From positions 1,120,001 through 1,184,000 of the forward strand of contig OZ244621.1 in assembly GCA_965218425.1 (NCBI GenBank): DNA of 64,000 nucleotides, in the 5' to 3' direction. The notes under the pieces were generated by a model that had not been told where the DNA came from, made no database searches, and worked only from the letters and a program-made list of their open reading frames with translations. Of this stretch, positions 56,323 through 64,000 are shown piece by piece. Within the stretch, counting starts at the first letter, position 1; each line of letters starts with the position of its first letter. The DNA comes from an uncultured Candidatus Binatia bacterium (GTDB lineage: Bacteria; Desulfobacterota; Binatia; UBA9968; CAXXLF01). Made by a program: the position numbers and the translations under genes.

Positions 56323-57414
56323 CTAACTGGTCTTCTGAAGAAGCGGCATCCTCACCTCGGCGCCGTTCTTAGCGCACTCCTCCTCATACATCTCGCGGAT
56401 TCGCGGATCTTCGTCTTCGTACTCGATCTGATGTCCGCCTTCCTTGGTGCTGGTAGCGAAGTTCTCGACGTGTTCGCCATGTCCTACCGCGATTCGGTAT
56501 TTTTGTCCTCCGTACCTCAAAGCCAGATAACGCGCCGGCTCCGGGCCCGTATTGAAGTGCTGGTGAAACCACATATTCGGAGGCACCTCGACGCTTCCGG
56601 CCTGCCAGTCCACGCGTTTCGGCGCTTCCCCCTCGGGCCAAAGGGTGCTGTACCCGCTGCCGCTCAGGATCACCACGTGGGCGGCGGGTCCGTGGCGGTG
56701 AGCTTTCTTGTAGGTTCCGACCGGAAACTCGCTCACATGAGCGGCGAGAGTCCCTTCGGATATTTCGAGGGTCAGATTGCGGTCGTCCTTGCCCCGCCTC
56801 GGTCTTTCGTACAACCGGCAGGTCTTGACGTCCGGCATAAAGTTCGTCTCCCAGATTGTGCTGTAACCGGCGAGGAATCGCCCTTTGCCGGAAAAATAGT
56901 CGGGTTGCCCGTTATATCGATCCTTAAAGGCAAAGGGATTCTCAAATATGAAATCCAAGTTGTGAAAAAGGTTGATTACCAACGGCGCGTTCGTATAAGA
57001 GATAAATCGAACGGGGCCGTCTCCCTGCCCGTTAAACATCTGATACCAGGTGTTAAGGGGTGGAGCGAAGAGACTTCCCTCCTGCCACTCGAAAGTATGT
57101 TTCTCGCCATCGTCCCCCCACACTGTCGTAGCCCCCCGACCCTTGAGGATATAAATAATCTCTTCGATAAGGTGTCTCTGCGGCTTGATGCTGCCGCTCG
57201 GTGGAATCTCGCAAACATAGCAGTCCGCGACGCCGCCGGCGCCGTCCAGGCAGATGTAAGTTCCGAAAGCGCCTTTTCTATCCCAGCGTTCGAGCGCCAC
57301 CGTATTCAGATCATCGATGTGGAAGCCCTTGATGACGGGAATTTTTTCGCGCTCCAAAAACTTTTCGTAAGTGCTGAGCGGGCTGATGGTTGCTTGAGGG
57401 GTCGGCTGGATCAT
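56323..57414 (-). CDS. bicupin protein (gentisate 1,2-dioxygenase-like fold)
   Basis: Two cupin domains: RHLIEEIIYIL..PPLNTW and AHRH..PPNMWFHQHFN; GAGG RBS before ATG 57414. Confidence 0.82.
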   Translation of the reverse strand: MIQPTPQATISPLSTYEKFLEREKIPVIKGFHIDDLNTVALERWDRKGAFGTYICLDGAGGVADCYVCEIPPSGSIKPQRHLIEEIIYILKGRGATTVWGDDGEKHTFEWQEGSLFAPPLNTWYQMFNGQGDGPVRFISYTNAPLVINLFHNLDFIFENPFAFKDRYNGQPDYFSGKGRFLAGYSTIWETNFMPDVKTCRLYERPRRGKDDRNLTLEISEGTLAAHVSEFPVGTYKKAHRHGPAAHVVILSGSGYSTLWPEGEAPKRVDWQAGSVEVPPNMWFHQHFNTGPEPARYLALRYGGQKYRIAVGHGEHVENFATSTKEGGHQIEYEDEDPRIREMYEEECAKNGAEVRMPLLQKTS

Positions 57415-57490
57415 GGAACACCTCGTTGTCAGTTTATTAAAACTCTCCTTGCACGGCGGAAACTCTAAAAGCCTTACACGATTTTGCGGC

Positions 57491-57734
57491 AAGGGGTCAA
57501 GTCCGCTCTTGGCTCCTTAGCTGTCGCGGAAAAAGTCCTCCACCGCACTCGAGTCGTTGGAAGGTCGAGTGTGAGCCCGGGTTTTCCCTTTCCCGTCGAT
57601 TGCATTTACCCGGGCGTATCGTTCGTGATAGTCTATCCTGACGTAAAGCATAGGGTCTTCTCCTTTCAGATTTGACGGCCGTTGCAACCGCCATCCTGCT
57701 GGAGCTTGACCCCTTTTTTATGTTGCCTGACACC
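57491..57734 (-). mobile_element. IS110/IS1111-family remnant (left end plus a 44-codon transposase stub)
   Basis: MLYVRIDYHERY..NAIDGKG (57651-57517) matches the DEDD GID start; leader homologous to 60468-60551; 11-bp inverted repeat AAGGGGTCAAG. Confidence 0.7.
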
Positions 57735-57766
57735 GTTTTCTGTGCAATTCCGTGAACGCGAAATCC

Positions 57767-58501
57767 ATGACAAACCCGGTAAATGAACATACGTCGAAGA
57801 ACACGCATAACGTCGTAGAGCGGTTCCTGCGCGGCTCCGAAAGCGTGAAGATGGTGCTCGACATTCCAGCTGGCGAAGGGTCTTTCACGCAGCGACTGAT
57901 CTCAGATTACGAAGTCACGTCTGCCGACGTGCAGGACTTCCTGAAGGTCGAGGGCGGCACGTATGCCCGGGCTGACATGATCGAGCGGCTACCGTGGGAT
58001 GACGGGACGTTCGACGCCGTCGTGAACATCGACGGCATTGAGCATATTGAACGACAATTTGACTTCATCCTGGAGTGCCACCGCGTCTTGCGCCCAGACG
58101 GTTACCTCATCATATCGACGCCCAATATCTCGGCGCTGCGTTCGCGCTGGCGTTACTTGATTACGGGGTTCCACAACAAGGGCAAGGTTCCGCTCGACGA
58201 GACACATATCACGCCCTGGCATCACATTGCGCTCCTCTCGTTCCCCCAGTTGCGTTACATGCTTCACCGCTCGGGATTCCGGATCACCGACGTGACGACG
58301 AACCGAGTCAAGACGGTCAGCTGGATTTATGCGCCCCTGGCACTCCTGGCGTATGTAGTGACGAAGTGGGTCTTCTACAAGGAAGAGAAGGACCCGGCTC
58401 AACGTGAGCGTAACCGCGAGATCATGAAGCAGATGTTCAGCTACGACGTCCTGTTCGGCGAGACGCTAATCCTTCGAGCTAGGTCACTTCCCGATTCCTG
58501 A
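57767..58501 (+). CDS. class I SAM-dependent methyltransferase
   Basis: VLDIPAGEG, LPWDDGTFDAV, IEH, VLRPDGYLIISTPN. Confidence 0.9.
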   Translation: MTNPVNEHTSKNTHNVVERFLRGSESVKMVLDIPAGEGSFTQRLISDYEVTSADVQDFLKVEGGTYARADMIERLPWDDGTFDAVVNIDGIEHIERQFDFILECHRVLRPDGYLIISTPNISALRSRWRYLITGFHNKGKVPLDETHITPWHHIALLSFPQLRYMLHRSGFRITDVTTNRVKTVSWIYAPLALLAYVVTKWVFYKEEKDPAQRERNREIMKQMFSYDVLFGETLILRARSLPDS

Positions 58502-58530
58502 CTGCGCCGCGCTCCTTCGGAACATTGCTC

Positions 58531-58627
58531 GAAACCACTGTCATTCACGCCTTTTTGCTATTCCGGGTTCCCTTCCCCTTCGGATTCCGGCTTGTATCGT
58601 GCCAATTCTCTCTTGGAACATCCTGTC
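58531..58627 (-). mobile_element. non-coding right-end fragment of the same IS110/IS1111-like element
   Basis: Reverse complement of 58549-58627 matches 60653-60731 at 72/79 nt. Confidence 0.6.
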
Positions 58628-58706
58628 TTCTCCAGCCGAATGGCTGTCTCCGGTGACATGGCCGCATGGGACATTCGGCGCCCACGGCTGCCTCACATGC
58701 GGGGAT

Positions 58707-59099
58707 TTACAGCAGCGACACACCCTCAAGCCGTGCCGCCTTCTGATCGAAGGTGTAAAGGGGATGTGCCCCGGATCGTTTCGCCGCCGCCAGGATTATC
58801 AGGTCGGAAAATCCGGAGCCACCCGCCCGGTATCGGAACGCTGCGCGGGCTACATCGTCGGCTGCCTCGACCACGAGACCATCGGTCGCCACCAGCTCTT
58901 CCAGTATCGTCGCAATCCGGTCGCAGGAATAGCCATAGGCCCTCTCCAACACCCAGGCGAGCTCAACCGTTACCTCCCGGCACACGTAGCCGGGCCGACC
59001 GGCGGTGAGCGATTCCAGGAGTGTCCGGGCGGCTTCAGCCTGTTCGGCGTCATCACGCACGAGGTAGCGGACAAGGACGTTGGTATCGAGTGCGATCAT
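58707..59099 (-). CDS. vapC: VapC PIN-domain toxin
   Basis: IALDTNVLVR, ELAWVL, FSD, YTFD. Confidence 0.9.
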   Translation of the reverse strand: MIALDTNVLVRYLVRDDAEQAEAARTLLESLTAGRPGYVCREVTVELAWVLERAYGYSCDRIATILEELVATDGLVVEAADDVARAAFRYRAGGSGFSDLIILAAAKRSGAHPLYTFDQKAARLEGVSLL

Positions 59100-59329
59100 C
59101 CCTCACACGCCCCATCGGCGATGGCCCGCTCCATTTCCTCCACCGTGACGGCGGGGCCGTCATGCCGGAGGGCGCCGAACAGTCGGCTGATGGGGCGCAC
59201 GGGCAGAATGCGCACTTCGCCGTCGGCGATAACGTAGCGTACCCGGTCCCCGGCCTGCAGGCCAAGCGACTCCCGCACGGGCTTGGGCAGGGTCGTTTGC
59301 CCCCTCTTTGTGACAGAAGATTCGATCAT
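59096..59329 (-). CDS. vapB: AbrB/MazE/SpoVT-type antitoxin
   Basis: SSVTKRGQTTLPKPVRESLGLQAGD; ATGA overlap with the toxin gene. Confidence 0.9.
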   Translation of the reverse strand: MIESSVTKRGQTTLPKPVRESLGLQAGDRVRYVIADGEVRILPVRPISRLFGALRHDGPAVTVEEMERAIADGACEG

Positions 59330-59544
59330 GACAACTCCTCCTATGGCCTTTCAATATACTGAACGGCCTTACTTTTGTCAATAAATAAGGGATTTCTTGT
59401 AATCTCCGCACCTTCGTGGCTCATCATCCGCCGGTCTCCCTTTCTCCTCGCCCCGCCCGACATCTTTCCCTGCGCGCCGGTAAGTAACCGCTGAAGACTG
59501 GAGTTAGCCCGATTCGACCCCGATTTCTAAAACCCGAGAGCTTC

Positions 59545-59664
59545 CCCGCAGCGGGGTCATCGGGCCTGGTCGATACCTTGGCGACGTGGGCCGCGCCCCT
59601 TTTTTCGTCGATGAGCACCAGATCGGTGAACGTGCCGCCGATGTCCATCCCCAGGCGGATTTGC
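59545..59664 (-). pseudogene. hydantoinase A/5-oxoprolinase N-terminal fragment
   Basis: IRLGMDIGGTFTDLVL..KVSTRPDDPAAG only; the rest is missing. Confidence 0.75.
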
Positions 59665-59694
59665 AAGACTTTACGCATCCTTCCGCGTTCGACA

Positions 59695-60231
59695 TTATTT
59701 TTTGCAATTCTTCCTGCCGGCCAATTTTTCCGAAGTCGTCATTCCGAAATTACATTCCCTGATGAATTCACCATCTCCGGAGCGGCCGTACACCACGTCG
59801 CCATTCTCGTCATAGATGGTCTGGGTGATCGACACGACTTCGCCCCGATGGTGCTGAACGATGAGCACCTGCTCGTTCCCCGGCTCCCCGACAAAAACAT
59901 CGGTGAGGTATCTCTCCGTGCTCGTGCTCACGACGGGGACGGCGGCGTCTGCCAGGAAACTGACCTTTACGGTGTTGTCCCGATTCACCGTTACGGAACA
60001 GCTTTCCCCCGTCGTTTCAAAACCCACCATGAGTCTTTGCATGAAGCCCCTCGCGGGTATGTGGACGCAACCATGGCGTGTTCCCGCCTTCAATTTTTCC
60101 TGGCTTCGAGGCGGGTGCGATAGAAGCCGCTTCACATAGCTTTTGGTCAAGGGCTGCTCGGCGGCGCTATTGCAGATTATTGCAAAGAGAAAAAAAAGTG
60201 TGGAAATCAAAACGAATTTCATCTTTTTCAT
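59695..60231 (-). CDS. secreted hypothetical protein
   Basis: Signal peptide MKKMKFVLISTLFFLFAII, GAGGG RBS, 178 aa, several Cys. Confidence 0.7.
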   Translation of the reverse strand: MKKMKFVLISTLFFLFAIICNSAAEQPLTKSYVKRLLSHPPRSQEKLKAGTRHGCVHIPARGFMQRLMVGFETTGESCSVTVNRDNTVKVSFLADAAVPVVSTSTERYLTDVFVGEPGNEQVLIVQHHRGEVVSITQTIYDENGDVVYGRSGDGEFIRECNFGMTTSEKLAGRKNCKK

Positions 60232-60467
60232 TCAACGCCCCTCATATGATATGCCAATCCACGTCACCATGTCATCGAAACGCCTGAAAATGGGCCGAAA
60301 CGACTGTGCCCGGCTCCCTCACCCAAACCGCGCCGCGCGACCGAACCGGAGCAGCTCCCGATTTCCGGGCAAGTTGATAAGACTTTACGCATCATTCCGC
60401 GTTCGGCAGTATGTCGCCATCTTGAACGATGGGTTTTCCATCGAACCAGACCGAAGGCGCCCGCAAC

Positions 60468-60750
60468 CGGTATCAGGTAACATGAAAAAGGGGTCAAGCT
60501 CCAGTAGGATGGCGGTTGTAGCGGCCGTCAAACCTGCAAGGAGCAGACCCCATGCCTTACGTCGGGATAGACTGTCTCAAACGATACACGCAGGTATATG
60601 CCATCGACGAGAAAGCACCGCATCCATTTCTTTGGTTGACCGCGTCCAACCGGACAGGACGTTCCAAAAGAGAATCGGCGCGATACAAGCCGGAATCCGA
60701 AAGGGAAGGAAACCCGGAACAGCAAAAAGGCAAGTATGACCCGGTTTTCA
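60468..60750 (+). mobile_element. internally deleted IS110/IS1111-like mini-element
   Basis: Left end ATGAAAAAGGGGTCA, stub MPYVGIDCLKRYTQVYAIDEK, conserved non-coding block, imperfect inverted repeat TGACCCGGTTTTCAA. Confidence 0.68.
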
Positions 60751-61064
60751 ACGGGGAGCTGAGAAGGGACTCAATCGCAGTTGTAGAATTAGGGGCACGG
60801 TCAGTAAGGCACATACACAGAATAATTGAAGGAATTGACGGGAGTCTAAGGGTGCAACGCATTTTCAAGGAAAAGGCCCACCTCAGAACCTCGTTAAAAA
60901 TGGACGAAGGATAGGTTATTCACCTGACAGGCCACACTCGCCGTTGCTCATGGTTCCTCCGGGGCCATGAGACCCGCCAGGTCGGCCGCCTACGACTTCC
61001 GCACCGCCTCGCGGCGCTTCTCGATGCCGGCGTATGGCATGGGGGTTTCTCCCGGATTACCGGG

Positions 61065-61952
61065 TTATCGTCGCCCGCTTTTCCTGACCGCCGGCGCCGG
61101 CGTGCCGTCGACGCAGTTCAGTTGCGCCTCTCCGCCCTCAAGCAGCGCCTCGAGCACATCCCGTTCAGCGGGATCGACGCTCAACCCGTATTCCAACTTT
61201 ACCTGGATCACTCGTTGCGCAAACCATGCGCCGTGTCGGGCCGGCATCCATTCGGCTGCGTCCCGGTCACTTTTCTGCGACCGGTTCACCGCCCGATCCG
61301 CGATCGTGAGGTTATCGAGGTCGCGGGCGATAGCCCGGCGCCGACCGTCAGCGATTCCGCTATCGTGCGCCTCCGCCAGCGCAACGATGTGCTCTATGTC
61401 CGTCGCAGCGGTCCCGTTCGCCGTGATGTCGAACGCGATGCACGAGTACGGTGTGTGGACCTGCCCGTTCGCCTTCATCGTCGGCGGCAGCGCTGCGATG
61501 ATCTCGTCCTCCAGGGTCCTGTAGCCCGTCCCGAAGGCGTCGCGGTCGTAGCCGTCCCGCGGCCGCTCTTCGCAGACCTTCACCCCACGCCAAGTCTCCG
61601 CGTCAGCCGGGCAGCCCTGCGTATCCAGCGGCGGCTGCGGCTGGACATTGGGGATATAGCCATTGGGGTTCGAAGCAGAGTCACAGGCGATACCATCGGT
61701 GTCCGTGTCGCTCGATCGGCTCCGCTCCAGCCATGCGTAGATGATGCCGGTGCCGTCACGGTCGTCCTGGTACGCAGGCAACCTCAGGCCCTCATCACGG
61801 CCTTCCGCTTCAGCGCATATCAGGTCGCCGTTCCCGTTAGCATCCCAGTATGAGAAGTCGTTGTGCGATTGCGCTGCCACTGGCGGTGCGGGGAGCAGCA
61901 TCAGAACGCCGAGCAGGACGGCTGAGATTCCGTGGCTCCCGTGAGCTTGCAA
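61065..61952 (-). CDS. secreted DUF1524/HNH-like nuclease with Excalibur-like Ca-binding N-terminus
   Basis: TTG start then signal peptide; DANGNGD and DTDTDGIAC; DIEHIVALAEAHDSG..NL..VNRSQKSDRDAAEWMP..VKLEYGLSVD. Confidence 0.75.
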   Translation of the reverse strand: MQAHGSHGISAVLLGVLMLLPAPPVAAQSHNDFSYWDANGNGDLICAEAEGRDEGLRLPAYQDDRDGTGIIYAWLERSRSSDTDTDGIACDSASNPNGYIPNVQPQPPLDTQGCPADAETWRGVKVCEERPRDGYDRDAFGTGYRTLEDEIIAALPPTMKANGQVHTPYSCIAFDITANGTAATDIEHIVALAEAHDSGIADGRRRAIARDLDNLTIADRAVNRSQKSDRDAAEWMPARHGAWFAQRVIQVKLEYGLSVDPAERDVLEALLEGGEAQLNCVDGTPAPAVRKSGRR

Positions 61953-62027
61953 CTTGGGCGCCCTACCTAACAAGGCTTGAAGCTGGTTCCAATTTCGTGG
62001 GCAGCCTGGTCCTCTTGACATGGTGCG

Positions 62028-62126
62028 CAAGTCGGCCCTGCTGAGGAACACTTTTCGGCGGGCAGATCCTCGGTTCATCAAATGATAGACTGCACCCCGA
62101 TATTCAATGCGTAAGGGCCGTGACAT
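62028..62126 (-). pseudogene. REP-associated tyrosine transposase (RAYT) N-terminal fragment
   Basis: MSRPLRIEYRGAVYHLMNRG..VF..D is the typical RAYT start; the HUH core is absent. Confidence 0.75.
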
Positions 62127-62500
62127 CGAAAGCCTTAATTACAGTTCACATTCCAATTATCGACAAAATACTTGGCCCCTTCGCCTTGCCGGCGCCCCGG
62201 TTGCGTCCGGTCGTTTGCAGGAAGACACGCGGGCCATCGACCGGGGAGAGGGCCGCATTAGCCCAAATTAAATTAGCTCATAGCCCATAATTTTTCCGTT
62301 TCACAAGCCGCGTGAGACTCGCGTATGTTTGAAGTCCCGGACCTAGGGTCGGCGCGCGGTGTCATTCGACACGTCGTCGAAGCCCGGTGTGGCGGTTTCA
62401 TGGGGCGTTTCCTGAAACTAACGGAATGGGGGAACGAATGAGATTGCGGGGGTGCTCGCAGTTCGAACTGAGACAATACCAATATGAAGGAGGCAGTACG

Positions 62501-64000
62501 ATGTTTATCCCCCAAATTGGGTTCTTAGCCAAATCAAAAAATGCAAGTGCTTCCAGTGTCTTGTGGGCGCTTGTTTGTGTTTTCATGCTGTCCGGTTGCG
62601 CAGGGGGGGGAGGGGGAGTCACCCTCATGCCACCGCCTACGACACCGCCTAAGCCGGTGGACCCAACGCCGGGCTTGCCGCTCCCTTCGGGGCATGGGTT
62701 GATGGCAGGCCAGATCACGGTGGCGGCGGGGGCATCGGAAGAGCACGGCAATGTTGTGGTGACGTGTCCCGCGGGCGGCGGTGCGTGCGCGGTGACGGTG
62801 GCGGCGGACGGCACGGCGGTTTACGACAGGACGGGCGGCACGCCCACTTTCATATTTGCACATTGGACATACGAGCGGGACAACCCTACAGCGGAGGACT
62901 TGCTGGATCACTGGAACAAACCGGAGCAGTTGCGCACAGCATTGGGGCTGTCAGTGGTTGATGCCGCGGACATCGCCGACCGAAAGAACGCTCTAACGGA
63001 GTTGCTCAATTCGGCCGGAGGCGATGCAGCCGAGACCGGGACCCGGCTCCGCAACGTTCGGCCGGAGGATGTCGAGATCATCGGCGAGCGGAACGGAATC
63101 ACCTACGGGCGGTGGACGGGCGGTCCGGCCGGAACCTTCAACATCGATTTTGACTACAGATTCGCTCCCGAGGCCACTCAGGAACAGCGGGCGCGGATAG
63201 AACGGGCTGGCAAGTCCTGGTCTTGGCGTCTGGATGACGAATCGCGGAGATTTACGGTCGAAGCTGGTCAGCAGGTAGCGCGCAGCAGGACGATCGACGG
63301 GGTTCCGGTCGAAGAACTGCGAGTGGACGAAGACGTAACAACAGATGGCTTGGTGATCTTCGTTGACTTCCACGGTGGCACCCGGCGAAGCAGGGGCGGA
63401 CCCAGCATCTCGAGCCGAAGCGCTCGGGAGCAAGGCGACTTCCACCCCTACGCCGGTAGCATAAGAATCGGGACACCCCGCTTCGATGAAGTTTCCGAGA
63501 GAGGCAACCTCCGGCTGACCGGCCTTCTCGCCCATGAGATCGGGCACGTGATGGGAATCGGGTCAACCCTGAGACGAGACCCCTTCGTTGCCCACGTAGA
63601 CGAGGCGGCATATACCTTTACCGGGCCCAACGCCGTGGCAGAGCATGGCGGGCCTGTCCCGTTCCAATGGCTGGACAACAACCGTAATTCAGTTCCGCCA
63701 CGCACCCCAGGAGCGAGCGTGGATTGGGTACATATAGGCCCATGCGGTTCCGTCATGTCCTACTGCCGTCACGAATACGACATATATGCTCCCACCGAGC
63801 TGGACTTCGCATTCCTCAAGGATATCGGCTACGAAGTCCTTGATCCAAGTGTCGCGGAAGAGCCGGAGATTTACGGGTATGGGGCTTGGGGCCGCTACAG
63901 CGCATGGGGCGCGGGCGTGGAGCGTACCATCACCCATGACGCAGACATCCGTGGCAGCTTCAAGGATCTCGATACCCGAGACGCCCTCCATGCCACAGCA
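62501..64000 (+). CDS. lipoprotein zinc metalloprotease (leishmanolysin/M8-like), truncated by the window end
   Basis: Not in the ORF track because no stop is reached; AGGAGG RBS, ATG 62501, lipobox LSGC, 500 codons read open, HEIGHVMG at 63533, FTGPNA, distal H, SVMSY Met-turn, DFAFLKDIGY. Confidence 0.8.
   Translation, partial: MFIPQIGFLAKSKNASASSVLWALVCVFMLSGCAGGGGGVTLMPPPTTPPKPVDPTPGLPLPSGHGLMAGQITVAAGASEEHGNVVVTCPAGGGACAVTVAADGTAVYDRTGGTPTFIFAHWTYERDNPTAEDLLDHWNKPEQLRTALGLSVVDAADIADRKNALTELLNSAGGDAAETGTRLRNVRPEDVEIIGERNGITYGRWTGGPAGTFNIDFDYRFAPEATQEQRARIERAGKSWSWRLDDESRRFTVEAGQQVARSRTIDGVPVEELRVDEDVTTDGLVIFVDFHGGTRRSRGGPSISSRSAREQGDFHPYAGSIRIGTPRFDEVSERGNLRLTGLLAHEIGHVMGIGSTLRRDPFVAHVDEAAYTFTGPNAVAEHGGPVPFQWLDNNRNSVPPRTPGASVDWVHIGPCGSVMSYCRHEYDIYAPTELDFAFLKDIGYEVLDPSVAEEPEIYGYGAWGRYSAWGAGVERTITHDADIRGSFKDLDTRDALHATA

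Noticed and set aside
56269..57468. 399-aa plus-strand ORF
   Set aside because: Antisense shadow of the bicupin gene, which carries the recognisable motifs
62398..63991. Minus-strand ORFs listed at the window end
   Set aside because: Antisense to the open plus-strand lipoprotein protease from 62501

Overview
Bacterial chromosomal window. Gene content points to a Binatia / Desulfobacterota-like deltaproteobacterium; this is inferred, and a 16S search would settle it. The core block (13-31 kb) holds a complete minus-strand rrn operon (16S-tRNAIle-tRNAAla-23S-5S), tyrS-ymdB-rny-ygfA-6S RNA-zapA-zapB-ftsY-smc, an HNH gene and rng. It is flanked by accessory catabolic genes: four amidohydrolases, two UbiD decarboxylases each next to a heme-oxygenase-like (CADD/TenA-fold) protein, a Mo xanthine-dehydrogenase-type subunit, a W-type AOR, MFS transporters and two VapBC pairs. 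The last 6.5 kb is a mosaic of IS110/IS1111, RAYT and hydantoinase remnants with cassette-like genes. Main hidden items: (1) a deiodinase-like selenoprotein split by the ORF caller at an in-frame UGA with a clear SECIS; (2) a solitary type I-E CRISPR repeat; (3) recurring UbiD + diiron/pseudo-diiron modules; (4) tandem NrdR-like boxes upstream of smc; (5) transposase-less IS1111-like mini-elements; (6) a dispersed heptamer-based intergenic repeat; (7) an uncalled lipoprotein metalloprotease running off the window end.
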